Source of the DNA: Candidatus Woesearchaeota archaeon
Lineage (GTDB): Archaea; Nanobdellota; Nanobdellia; Woesearchaeales; ARS49
DNA: 64,000 bases
Reading direction: 5' to 3'
NCBI GenBank assembly: GCA_003599055.1
Contig: QZIM01000023.1
Location: forward strand, 24,346-88,345
The notes under the pieces are model-generated. The model was not told the DNA's origin and did no database searches. It saw nothing but the letters and a program-made list of their open reading frames with translations. The stretch's first letter is position 1. Each line of letters begins with the position of its first letter. The translations under genes were made by a program, and so were the position numbers. This document shows positions 40,459-49,496 of this stretch, one piece after another.

Positions 40459-41007
40459 ATGGCAACCCCTCTCGACATCGTCGCGTTTCAGGAGTTTCAG
40501 GGTGTATTTGCATTCGTTTTCGTGTTAGTGTCTGTGTACGCGATGCTGTCAATGCTTCCGTTCTTTCGGGAGAAGAAGTTTGCCGCGGCGATTATTTCGT
40601 TCTTGCTTGGGTTTATGGCGCTGTACAGCACTATTGCGGTAAAGACGATTAACTTGATGGCGCCGTGGCTTGTTCTTTTCATTATTTTTGTGATGATTTT
40701 GATTTTGGGCTTTATGATGATTGGCGCGAAGGAAAAGGATATTTCCGATGCGCTGATGAGCGATAAGTTCGCGATTGGAACCTTGATGTTTGCAATTCTT
40801 GCCACGATTTTTGTAGGTTCGCTCCTTCACGTGTGGACCGAGGAGACGGGCGGAATTGAGGAGCTCAAGGGCTATAATGAGTCAAGGTACTCAGGCGGCG
40901 AATACCCGACGGAAACGTTCTTTCAAACGCTTTTCCATCCGAACTTTTTGGGTTTTGTGCTTGTGTTAATTATCGCGGCGTTCACGTTGAAGTATATGAC
41001 TGAGTAG
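40459..41007 (+). CDS. 4-TM membrane protein, divergent paralog 4
   Basis: Same size and topology, with an N-terminal ..FQEFQGVFAFVFVLVSVYAMLS.. segment. Similarity to paralogs 1-3 is weak. Confidence 0.5.
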   Translation: MATPLDIVAFQEFQGVFAFVFVLVSVYAMLSMLPFFREKKFAAAIISFLLGFMALYSTIAVKTINLMAPWLVLFIIFVMILILGFMMIGAKEKDISDALMSDKFAIGTLMFAILATIFVGSLLHVWTEETGGIEELKGYNESRYSGGEYPTETFFQTLFHPNFLGFVLVLIIAAFTLKYMTE

Positions 41008-41039
41008 AAAGGAACGCTGATTTGGTTTTGTAAGTGAAA

Positions 41040-41116
41040 CCGACTTCTGAGAACTGCCCTCTGATAACCGAAAACTGAGTACTGATAACTAATAACAAAT
41101 TACCAAAAACCGCCAA
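41040..41116 (+). repeat. phased heptanucleotide array (11 units)
   Basis: ccgactt/ctgagaa/ctgccct/ctgataa/ccgaaaa/ctgagta/ctgataa/ctaataa/caaatta/ccaaaaa/ccgccaa, in a convergent spacer. Confidence 0.85.
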
Positions 41117-41118
41117 GC

Positions 41119-41736
41119 TTACTTTCCTTTCATTTTGTTCGTGACGCGGCTCAGCTCCTGTACCGAACTTGTGAGGTCGGGAAGGACTTTGGTGAAGACT
41201 TTTTCCATTGCCTTGATTTCCGTTCCGACGTCAAGGAGGGTTTTGTCGTATTCGCCGATGCGTGAGACGATTGCTTTGTGAAGCCCGTCAAGGTCTGTTT
41301 TGAGGTCGGTCACGCTCTGTTCGAGTTTGTCTACGCGTGAGGTGAGTAATTCCTTAAACTCGTTCATTTTGCCAAGGTCTTTTTGGAGTTCGTGCCATTT
41401 TTCTTCAATGATTTGTTCGACGAGGACTTCGCTTTCGGGGTGTTTTTGTGCGGGTGCGTCCATACGGGTTTCTTGTGCGGGCGCGGTTTCGCCGGGGATG
41501 TTCATGGGCTCGATGCTTTTTTTGGCTTCGGCTTGGGCAAGGGCGTCGTAGATGCTTTGCGGGGGGTATCCTTGGCGTTGGAGTGTTTGGATGATTTGGT
41601 TGCTGGAAAGGCCCTGTGCCTGCATGCTGGTGACTTGGGTGAGGGGGATGTCTGCGGGACCGGAGGTCATGGGTGCAATGTCTGGTTGCGGGGGGATGAT
41701 TTGTTGTTTTTTCTTGAATAAGTCGCCAAGTGCCAT
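41119..41736 (-). CDS. coiled-coil protein next to the filament locus
   Basis: 205 aa: a P/Q-rich N-terminus, a small helical module GLSSNQIIQTLQRQGYPPQSIYDALAQAE, and a ~100-aa C-terminal coiled coil. Confidence 0.5.
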   Translation of the reverse strand: MALGDLFKKKQQIIPPQPDIAPMTSGPADIPLTQVTSMQAQGLSSNQIIQTLQRQGYPPQSIYDALAQAEAKKSIEPMNIPGETAPAQETRMDAPAQKHPESEVLVEQIIEEKWHELQKDLGKMNEFKELLTSRVDKLEQSVTDLKTDLDGLHKAIVSRIGEYDKTLLDVGTEIKAMEKVFTKVLPDLTSSVQELSRVTNKMKGK

Positions 41737-41810
41737 AGTTCACGCCTTTTTTTGGGAGTTTAAGCGTTGAGTTCTTTTTAAACTTGTCGTCTCTGAAAAT
41801 GTCCGCGGCT

Positions 41811-41908
41811 CTGAACACTGGCCTTTGAGAACTGAAAACTGAGCACCGATAACCAAAAACCAACAACCAATAGCTACTAACTACTAACGACCAACCACCA
41901 ACTAACTC
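41811..41908 (+). repeat. phased heptanucleotide array (14 units)
   Basis: ctgaaca/ctggcct/ttgagaa/ctgaaaa/ctgagca/ccgataa/ccaaaaa/ccaacaa/ccaatag/ctactaa/ctactaa/cgaccaa/ccaccaa/ctaactc. Includes the TAG stop (cta 41902-41904) of 41902..42372. Confidence 0.85.
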
Positions 41909-42372
41909 GGGCTGTCGTAGGTGTGCCGCGCGGCAAGTTCGTCGTGCTCCTCGTGTTCTTCATCGGTGTGCTTGCCGAGTTTTTCATCGATGATTTTCTC
42001 GACGGTGTCAATGCGGGCAAATGTTGCGGGGTTCCAGAGTTCGAGGTATTTGCGCATGACGTCAATGTCTTCTTTGCGCGCAGTGAGGCGCAGTTCCTTA
42101 ATGACGGTGATGATGCGGTCTTCGACCGCCGAGACGGTTCGTTTGAGTTCGGAGAATTCATCTTGGAGGCCTTTGATTTCCTGTAGGGCGCGTTTGTGGT
42201 TGGTGAGCATGTTTTGTTCAAGGAGGAGGAGTTTTTTGCGTGTTTCACTGTATCTTTCTTCGCTGATGCGAAGCCGCGCGGCGAGAATATTGACCTGTTC
42301 AGTGGGTGGAGTGATGTCTGGAAGGGGCTGTTCGCTTCTTTTGGGTTCTGGTGGTCCTGCTTTTTCTGCCAT
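41902..42372 (-). CDS. coiled-coil protein next to the filament locus
   Basis: 156 aa; central heptad region ..LAARLRISEERYSETRKKLLLLEQNMLTNHKRALQEIKGLQDEFSELKRTV..; acidic tail. Confidence 0.5.
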   Translation of the reverse strand: MAEKAGPPEPKRSEQPLPDITPPTEQVNILAARLRISEERYSETRKKLLLLEQNMLTNHKRALQEIKGLQDEFSELKRTVSAVEDRIITVIKELRLTARKEDIDVMRKYLELWNPATFARIDTVEKIIDEKLGKHTDEEHEEHDELAARHTYDSPS

Positions 42373-42385
42373 TTGCTCGTGATTT

Positions 42386-42427
42386 CTGATAACTGATTAC
42401 TGACAACTGAAAACCAATTATCAACCT
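42386..42427 (+). repeat. phased heptanucleotide array in a divergent spacer
   Basis: ctgataa/ctgatta/ctgacaa/ctgaaaa/ccaatta/tcaacct. Confidence 0.8.
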
Positions 42428-42519
42428 GCTCGTTACGTTTATATAGTCTTGGGGGTTTTTAGGACTCAGACGCCATATTAATCTTATGTGACTCTGGCGA
42501 AGTGGTTAAAGAGGTGGGG

Positions 42520-44775
42520 ATGTTGCCGTGCGGCACGTATGATGTAATTCGGGAAGGGGAAGAGATTATTCTGAGGGTTAACTGTACTGAGTGCCCGTTC
42601 TTTGCAAGTATTGAGGATGAGCCGCGCCTGATGGCGATGGTGATTGATATGCTCTCGGAAGTGGGTGAGGTAACGCAGCTTGTGCTTGTGCAAAAGCGGG
42701 ATTTTGAGTATGATGAGGGCCAGGTTGCGCTGATTACGGAAGTCGCGCAGGTGTATAAGCAGCTTGTGCGGGGGAAGTTTTCGTACGCAATGCTGACAAC
42801 GCCCGTGTGTGCAAGGTGGGTGAACCCGCGGTACGTAATGATTCAAAAGATTATCTACCGCCTGCTGAAGTCTGACCCGGTGTCTGCGTATGTTGAGCTG
42901 CGCAGGTTGTGGCGTGAGGAACAGCGGCAGGTGCAGGAAGGGATTACGCCAAAGGAGGGCGCGCAGTGCTTGCAGGGTTATTTCAGGTTGATTCAGGATG
43001 CGATTGGGATGCTTGAGGGAACGCGGCTTATTCGTCTTGTGGAGCCGTTTTTGGCGGGCTATCAGTCAGGGGACCGCTCGGTGTACCGCCGCCTGTTCAG
43101 CCCCTCGATTCGTCCGGATTTTATGAATACGAAGCTGATGGCGACGGTTCCGACGGACGGGGAGGAGCTCGCGAGTTATCAGATTGGGGATACGGAGATT
43201 ACGATTTTCAAGTTGCCGGAGAGCGTGCAGTATTTGTATCATATGGTTCCTGCGGAGTTTAAGCTCTCGTATGAGAAGTATGAGTTGCTTGATGCGGCGA
43301 AGAATATTTTGGCAGAGCACAAGCCGACGCGGACCGAGTTTATTGACCCGGAGCGGATGCGGATGGTGTTTACGAGCATCAGCCACGATTTGCTGGAAGA
43401 TTTGGCTTCGCAGCGGAATATGCATTTGCGCGGAAAAGAGCGTGATGAGCTTGCGGAGATTTTGGTGCGGTACACCGTGGGCTTTGGCCTTCTTGAGGTG
43501 TTGTTAAAGGATGAGAAGGTGCAGGATATTACGGTGAATTCGCCGATGGGGCGCATTCCGATTTTTTTGGTGCATAATGAGTTTGGTGATTGTACAACGA
43601 ATATTGTTCCGACTGCTCCTGAAGGGGAGAGTTGGGCGTCGAAGTTGCGTATGATTTCCGGGCGCCCGCTGGATGAGGCAAACCCCATTCTTGATACTGA
43701 GCTTATTCTTCCGGGTGCGCGGGCAAGAGTTTCGGCGATTACAAACCCGCTTAATCCGACCGGTCTTGCGTATTCGTTCAGGAGGCACAGGGATAAGCCC
43801 TGGACACTGCCGCTGTTTGTGAAGGGCGGGATGATAACGCCGCTTGCCGCGGGTGTTTTGAGTTTTCTTATTGACGGCAGTAGGACAATGCTGGTTGCGG
43901 GGACGCGGGGGAGCGGCAAGACGTCGCTTTTGGGCGGTGTGATGGTTGAGCTTATGCGCAGGGCAAGGATTATCACGATTGAGGATACGCTGGAGCTTCC
44001 GGTGGAGTCGCTGCGCAAGCTCAATTACAATGTGCAGTCAATGAAGGTGGCAAGTGCGCTCACGCGCGGGACGACTGAGGTGAGTGCGGATGAGGGTATT
44101 CGAACCACGCTTCGTTTGGGTGATAGCGCGCTGTTTGTGGGAGAGGTTCGTAGTGTTGAGGCAAAGGCATTGTATGAGGCAATGCGGGTGGGCGCACTGG
44201 CAAACGTGGTTGCAGGGACGATTCACGGGGACAGCCCGTACGGTGTTTTTGACCGTGTCGTGAATGATTTGGGGGTTCCAAGGACGAGTTTTAAGGCAAC
44301 GGATGTGATTGTGGTGGCGAATCCTGTGCGGAGTCCTGATGGGATTCATCGGTATCGCAGGGTGACGCAGATTACCGAGGTGCGCAAGCTCTGGGAAGAG
44401 GACCCGCTGGCCGAGGGCGGTTTTGTTGATTTGTTCAAGTATGATGCGCAAACGGACAGCTTGCAGCCGACAAATGATTTGCTGCGCGGTGACAGCGACG
44501 TGCTCAAGGCAATTGCGGGAAGTGTAAAGGAGTGGGCGGGGAATTGGGATGCGGTGTGGGATAATATTAATTTGCGGGCGAAGATGAAAGAGACATTGGT
44601 AAAGACTGCACAACAGGCGAAGAATCCGGACTTGCTTGAGGCGCCGTTTTACATCCGCTCAAACGATGAGTTTCACCTGATTGCGGAACAGGTTCGTGAG
44701 GAGACGGGTTCTCTTGACCCGGAGCGTATTTTCTTTCAGTGGAACGAGTGGCTCAAGCGGGCGGTGCGCAAATGA
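42520..44775 (+). CDS. type IV filament / secretion ATPase (FlaI/PilB/VirB11 superfamily) with long N-terminal extension
   Basis: Walker A VAGTRGSGKTSLL, IITIEDTLELP, Walker B-like ALFVGEVR, and His-box region GTIHGDSP. ATG 42520 is preceded by GAGGTGG; the track start is GTG 42502. Confidence 0.85.
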   Translation: MLPCGTYDVIREGEEIILRVNCTECPFFASIEDEPRLMAMVIDMLSEVGEVTQLVLVQKRDFEYDEGQVALITEVAQVYKQLVRGKFSYAMLTTPVCARWVNPRYVMIQKIIYRLLKSDPVSAYVELRRLWREEQRQVQEGITPKEGAQCLQGYFRLIQDAIGMLEGTRLIRLVEPFLAGYQSGDRSVYRRLFSPSIRPDFMNTKLMATVPTDGEELASYQIGDTEITIFKLPESVQYLYHMVPAEFKLSYEKYELLDAAKNILAEHKPTRTEFIDPERMRMVFTSISHDLLEDLASQRNMHLRGKERDELAEILVRYTVGFGLLEVLLKDEKVQDITVNSPMGRIPIFLVHNEFGDCTTNIVPTAPEGESWASKLRMISGRPLDEANPILDTELILPGARARVSAITNPLNPTGLAYSFRRHRDKPWTLPLFVKGGMITPLAAGVLSFLIDGSRTMLVAGTRGSGKTSLLGGVMVELMRRARIITIEDTLELPVESLRKLNYNVQSMKVASALTRGTTEVSADEGIRTTLRLGDSALFVGEVRSVEAKALYEAMRVGALANVVAGTIHGDSPYGVFDRVVNDLGVPRTSFKATDVIVVANPVRSPDGIHRYRRVTQITEVRKLWEEDPLAEGGFVDLFKYDAQTDSLQPTNDLLRGDSDVLKAIAGSVKEWAGNWDAVWDNINLRAKMKETLVKTAQQAKNPDLLEAPFYIRSNDEFHLIAEQVREETGSLDPERIFFQWNEWLKRAVRK

Positions 44776-46907
44776 ATGAGGACATCGCGGCAAAGTATAA
44801 GCAATTGCTTGAGAAAGAGCTGCAGGTGAAGGCAACGAAGGGGTCAGGCCAGGTGTATAGTCGGGAATATCAGGTTTTCCGTACGGAGATTTTGCCTCCG
44901 CGGGTGAATTTTTATGAGAAGATGTGCAGGATTTCTGAAAAGATTCTCAGGCTGAAGGTGAAACCGCAGACTGCTGAACAGTTGCAAACGGCAATCGATA
45001 CTTGTCATTTGCAGGTGACGCCGGGAGGGGTTTTGGCGGCGAGTTTGGTGTGGCCGATTTTGTTTTTGATGATTGTTCTTGGGGTGACGCTCGGAGTTTT
45101 TGATTCGATGTTTTTTGCGTTGTTCGGGATGGTGTTTGCCGTGGGTGCGATTGCCGCACTGCAAAAGGTTCCGATTTTGCTTGCGAATTCCTGGCGCCTC
45201 AAGTCAAGCAACCAGATGGTCCTGTGCATTTTCTATGTCGTGACGTATATGCGTCATACGAGTAATTTGGAGCTTGCAATTGAGTTTGCAAGTGAGCATT
45301 TGGCGCCGCCGCTCAGTCTTGACTTGCGGAAAGTAATTTGGGATGTGGAGAATGGGAAGTATGAGAGCGTAAAGCAGTCGCTGGAGATGTATTTGCAGGG
45401 CTGGCGGCAGTATAATTTGGAATTCGTGGAGTCGTTCCACCTCATTCAAAGTTCGCTGTATGAGACGTCAGAAGACCGCCGGCTTTCGCTTCTTGACAAG
45501 TCGCTGGATGTGATGCTCGATGAGACGTATGAGAAGATGCTGCACTACGCGCAGAACTTGAAGGGCCCGATTACGATGATTTACATGCTCGGGGTTATTC
45601 TTCCGATTTTGGGGCTTGTGATTTTGCCGCTGGTCGTGAGTTTTATGGAGGGGATTGCGTGGTATCATATTGCGGCCGGGTTTAATGTTGCGCTTCCGCT
45701 GATTGTGTACTTTATGGGAAAGAGCGTGCTCTCGCAGCGTCCGACCGGGTATGGAGATACAGACCTCTCGGAGACAAATCCTGAACTAAGGAAGTACCGC
45801 AATATCGTGTTTAAGGTTGCGGGGTTTGAGGTGGTGATGAGTCCTGCGATTGTTGCAGTGGCGGTTGGGCTTGGCTGTGTGGGGGTTGCCCTCTCGCCGT
45901 TGATTCTGCACGAGTTGAATCCTGATTTTGAGCTTGCGATTGACAAGTTTAAGCTGTTGGATTACAAGGAGAGCAAGTCGCAGGCAGGGGTGATTATCGG
46001 GCCGTTTGGACTTGGCGCGAGTATGCTTTCGCTCTTTTTCCCGGCCGCGCTCGCGCTCGGGCTTGGCCTGTACTTCCGTCTGAAAAGTGCAAACGTGATT
46101 AAGATTCGGGATGAGGCAAAGAAGCTTGAGGATGAGTTTTCGTCTGCCTTGTTCCAGTTGGGCAATCGCTTAGGTGACGGTATTCCTGCGGAGATTGCAT
46201 TCCAGAAGGTGTCGCAGGTGATGGAGGATACGGTTTCGGGTAAGTTTTTCAAGCTGGTTTCGACAAACATCAGCCGTTTGGGAATGAGCGTGCGTGATGC
46301 GTTATTTGATTTGAAAGTGGGTGCCGTGACGTTGTTTCCGAGCGCGATTATTCAGAGTTCGATGAAGGTTTTAATTGAAAGCGTAAAGAAGGGCCCGCTT
46401 ATTGCGGCGCAGGCATTGCTCAATGTTGCGCGGTACATTAAGGAGATTCATAAGGTGAATGAGCGCTTAAAGGATTTGATGGCGGACATCATTTCGGATA
46501 TGAAGTCGCAGATTGCGTTTTTGACGCCGGCGATTGCAGGGATTGTGATTGGGATTACGTCTATGATTACGTATATTTTGGGGAATTTGTCGGGGCAGAT
46601 TTCGAATTTGGGCTCTGAGCAGGCAGGGTCGCAGATTGGCGCTTTGGCAAATTTTTTCGGGGACAGCATTCCGACGTATTATTTTCAGGCGGTTGTTGGC
46701 ATTTACGTGTTCCAAATCGTGTACATTTTGACCGTGCTTTCAAATGGGGTGGAGAACGGTGCGGATACCTTGCAGGAGCGCTATTTGCTTGGGAAAAATT
46801 TGGTGCGGGGGACTTTGCTCTACTGTTTTATCGCGGGCTCGGTGATGCTGCTCTTTAACATTATTGCATCACGCATCGTTGATGTTGCGAGTATCGCGGT
46901 CAGCTGA
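44772..46907 (+). CDS. FlaJ/TadC-like polytopic platform protein
   Basis: About 710 aa with two blocks of TM helices separated by cytoplasmic helical domains. ATGA overlap with the ATPase stop. This is the standard ATPase-platform gene order of archaeal type IV filament loci. Confidence 0.7.
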   Translation: MNEDIAAKYKQLLEKELQVKATKGSGQVYSREYQVFRTEILPPRVNFYEKMCRISEKILRLKVKPQTAEQLQTAIDTCHLQVTPGGVLAASLVWPILFLMIVLGVTLGVFDSMFFALFGMVFAVGAIAALQKVPILLANSWRLKSSNQMVLCIFYVVTYMRHTSNLELAIEFASEHLAPPLSLDLRKVIWDVENGKYESVKQSLEMYLQGWRQYNLEFVESFHLIQSSLYETSEDRRLSLLDKSLDVMLDETYEKMLHYAQNLKGPITMIYMLGVILPILGLVILPLVVSFMEGIAWYHIAAGFNVALPLIVYFMGKSVLSQRPTGYGDTDLSETNPELRKYRNIVFKVAGFEVVMSPAIVAVAVGLGCVGVALSPLILHELNPDFELAIDKFKLLDYKESKSQAGVIIGPFGLGASMLSLFFPAALALGLGLYFRLKSANVIKIRDEAKKLEDEFSSALFQLGNRLGDGIPAEIAFQKVSQVMEDTVSGKFFKLVSTNISRLGMSVRDALFDLKVGAVTLFPSAIIQSSMKVLIESVKKGPLIAAQALLNVARYIKEIHKVNERLKDLMADIISDMKSQIAFLTPAIAGIVIGITSMITYILGNLSGQISNLGSEQAGSQIGALANFFGDSIPTYYFQAVVGIYVFQIVYILTVLSNGVENGADTLQERYLLGKNLVRGTLLYCFIAGSVMLLFNIIASRIVDVASIAVS

Positions 46908-49496
46908 TTCGGCGATTTCTTTTGAAATGCGGATGTGGTAGTCTGCGCGTTCGTTGTTTCCTGCGCTGCGATATGCGCGCCCGGCAAGGGCGTGTCCGTG
47001 TTGCCGGACAATGGGGTTAAGGCCGGGCGTGCTTGCAAGGAGTGTTGAGATGAGGTCTGCATAGACTGCTGCCCGTGCGGGTTCTTCGATGACGGTTGAG
47101 ACGCTTGCAAGCTGGGACAGCGTGTCGATGGTCAGGTGGGGCTCGCACGTGTTCGTAATGAGTGCAAGCTCAAGTTCTGTGCGCGCAGTGGGAAAGTTCC
47201 TTTTCATCGCCGCGCTAAGGCCTGCATCAAAGTGTGTGTGCGCTTCGCGTGCGGGCGCTTGTTGTGAGGCCGTTTCACTGTCAAAGTATGCTTCGAAGAA
47301 TTGCGCGTCAGTCATTCCGGTCATGCGCAGTACTGCCTGGTAGAGGTTATCTCCGCGGTTGCGCAGTTCAATTCCCCAATAGCTGATAATGGTTGTTGCA
47401 CGCGCAAGGTTCTCTGATGCCTCTTGTGCTTCTCCTTGTGCGCGCGCAAGGTCCCGTTCAAGTGCTTTGATATTGTCTTCAGATCCTGCGTCTGCCCGTG
47501 TTTGCGCAAGCTGTTGCTCAAGTGTTTGAACGCGTTGTCCGAGTGTTTGCGCAAGGGCAATCGCGCGCCGTGCGGGTTCGATTTTTTCCTGAAGTTCTGT
47601 TGCCTGTTCAAGATAGTGTGTGGCTTCTTCGCGTGCAGTGCGTAAGAGTTGTTCATACTGCTCACGTTCATCATCAGTCATTGGCTGTATTTTCAGTCTT
47701 TGAACGGATTCAACATAGGAGGCAAGTGTTGCCCGGTCTTTTTCCGGGATTGCGGCAAGGTGTTCTTCTGCAAGCTGCGGCGCCTCAAGGTCTTGTGCGG
47801 AGGTGAGTGCTGCAAGGATTGCAGAGTATGCGTTTGCGCGTTTGGAATGCTCTTTTGCGCGGTCGTTTGCACGTTCAACGCGCGCATCCGAGTCTGCAAG
47901 AGAGGTTTCTTGTTCGGAAAGTCGCGCTTCAAGTTCTGCAACGATTCTTTCAAGCGCGTGTCTTGCCTGATATTGTCGCTCGAGGCGTTGGGCTGCATCT
48001 TGTGCTTCTTTGGGAAGCTCGTTGTCAACGGTTCCGTCTTCAAGGATGTCTGCAAGGGCATTGAAATAGCGTTCGAGGTTGAACTGGCGAAGCGCAAGGG
48101 GTGTTGGGTTGTCCGGCGTGGTTTGCGGGCGGGCATCTTTTGTTCTTGTGTGAAGCGCGTCGGTAATCACCGTGTAAAGTTGTTGCATAAATGGCGCGCG
48201 CAGGTCTGCGCGATCGATGGTTTCTCCTGTACGGACTGCGTTTTCAATGGTGTAGGCATCGCGTTCTACAGAGGAGAGCGCTTTTTGGTAGCGCTCTGTT
48301 CTTGCGCTGGGGAGCGGTTTTGTTGTATCGCTTGGGTTTCGAAGGGCAACCAATTCTTCGGCAAGCGCATCCCTCTGTTCTGCAACCTTGCGCGCGCTGG
48401 CTTCAAGTTCCCAGTGGTCGTTTGCGCGGGTTGTGATGCGTTGGACTGCTTTGGCAAGTCCGGGGATGTGTCCTTCGGCGTTTTGCGGTCCCCACTTGAC
48501 TCCTGCCTGTTTGAGTGCATCAAGAACTTCAGGGGTGATGACGTAGCGGTGGACCGTGTCTATTCCTCTGCGCAGTTCGTCTTTGGAGTCCCAGCAGCGT
48601 CGGAGGGCGTCAAGCCACTTCTTTTCGTTTTGGTCTACGATAGTGCCGCGTTCGTGTTCGTCGTAAAGGTGCATGACTTGGGCAAAGAGCTTGCGGAGCA
48701 TATCGTTATGTTCTTCGTAAAGAGCGGGGACTTCGAGTGCGACAAGGTCGCTCACGTTTGCAGGAGGCCGCCCTTGAGCAAGCTGCGCCTTAAGTTCGTC
48801 GCGTTCTGCTGCTACCTGCTCATAGAGGTGTGCTGTTTGGAGTGCTTCTTCAAGGCGTCCTTCAAGTTCGTTTTTTTCTCGTTTGAGTTCTCTTGCTTTT
48901 GCTTCTGCTTCTGCAAGTCGTTGTGCAAGTGCTTCGGGGGTTTCTCCTTTTGCAACTCCTGCGCCGAGGATTCTTTGCTTTTTCTCAAGTTCGTATGCAT
49001 TGATTTTTTCCTGGAGAGTACGGTTATCTCCTTTGAGGCTTTCAATGAATTTGCCTTGCCTACTGATTTCTTCTTCCTGTCCTGCAATGCGTTCTTCGTA
49101 CTCGCGGGTTGTTTCGCCGAGTGATTTTGCGCGGGATTCGGCATTTGCTGCTCTTTCTTGTTGTCGTTCAAGTTCTCGGCGGAGTGAATCAAGTGAGGAA
49201 GTGTCAATTGCGGGCCGGTCGGATAGTTTTCCGACCAAATCGTCAAGTTGGCTTTTTTCGCGTTCAAGTTCGCGGGCGCGTGCGGCAAGGCTTGCTTTTT
49301 CTTGTTCGAGTTCCGCAACATAGGCAGGGTCCGGTCGTGAAGCGAGTTGTTCTTTGAGTGATTTGTTTTCTGTTTCGAGTTTGCGTACGTATTCTGCTCC
49401 TGCTGCTCTGCGTGCGGATACATCCTGTGCGCGCTGTGAAATGGCGTCTGCTTTGGCGTCAACTTGTCGTTTGAATGGGTTTTCTGCTTCGGTCAT
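46869..49496 (-). CDS. 875-aa coiled-coil protein with helical-repeat (TPR-like) C-terminus
   Basis: No signal peptide or TM. Almost continuous E/R/A/L/Q heptads. The start overlaps the upstream stop as caATGA. The 3' end overlaps the FlaJ-like gene convergently by 39 nt. Confidence 0.55.
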   Translation of the reverse strand: MTEAENPFKRQVDAKADAISQRAQDVSARRAAGAEYVRKLETENKSLKEQLASRPDPAYVAELEQEKASLAARARELEREKSQLDDLVGKLSDRPAIDTSSLDSLRRELERQQERAANAESRAKSLGETTREYEERIAGQEEEISRQGKFIESLKGDNRTLQEKINAYELEKKQRILGAGVAKGETPEALAQRLAEAEAKARELKREKNELEGRLEEALQTAHLYEQVAAERDELKAQLAQGRPPANVSDLVALEVPALYEEHNDMLRKLFAQVMHLYDEHERGTIVDQNEKKWLDALRRCWDSKDELRRGIDTVHRYVITPEVLDALKQAGVKWGPQNAEGHIPGLAKAVQRITTRANDHWELEASARKVAEQRDALAEELVALRNPSDTTKPLPSARTERYQKALSSVERDAYTIENAVRTGETIDRADLRAPFMQQLYTVITDALHTRTKDARPQTTPDNPTPLALRQFNLERYFNALADILEDGTVDNELPKEAQDAAQRLERQYQARHALERIVAELEARLSEQETSLADSDARVERANDRAKEHSKRANAYSAILAALTSAQDLEAPQLAEEHLAAIPEKDRATLASYVESVQRLKIQPMTDDEREQYEQLLRTAREEATHYLEQATELQEKIEPARRAIALAQTLGQRVQTLEQQLAQTRADAGSEDNIKALERDLARAQGEAQEASENLARATTIISYWGIELRNRGDNLYQAVLRMTGMTDAQFFEAYFDSETASQQAPAREAHTHFDAGLSAAMKRNFPTARTELELALITNTCEPHLTIDTLSQLASVSTVIEEPARAAVYADLISTLLASTPGLNPIVRQHGHALAGRAYRSAGNNERADYHIRISKEIAESADRDTRNINDA

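Noticed and set aside
46869-46907. 39-nt convergent overlap of the FlaJ-like gene and the 875-aa coiled-coil gene as a regulatory feature
   Set aside because: Both reading frames look genuine, and such overlaps are common in compact genomes. Nothing beyond the overlap itself was seen.
47649-49124. 491-aa + strand ORF antisense to the 875-aa coiled-coil gene. The same issue applies to 10526..11327 (+), 3687..4352 (+), 23316..24245 (-), 28485..29171 (-), 30013..30642 (-), 43239..44024 (-), 35297..36076 (+), 31140..31919 (-), 8774..9634 (-) and 4250..5017 (-).
   Set aside because: These are shadow ORFs. Their composition is implausible (F/C/V/L-rich or P/T/S/Q/H-rich), they lack RBS and motifs, and the opposite or alternative frame carries clear family signatures or a consistent operon structure.
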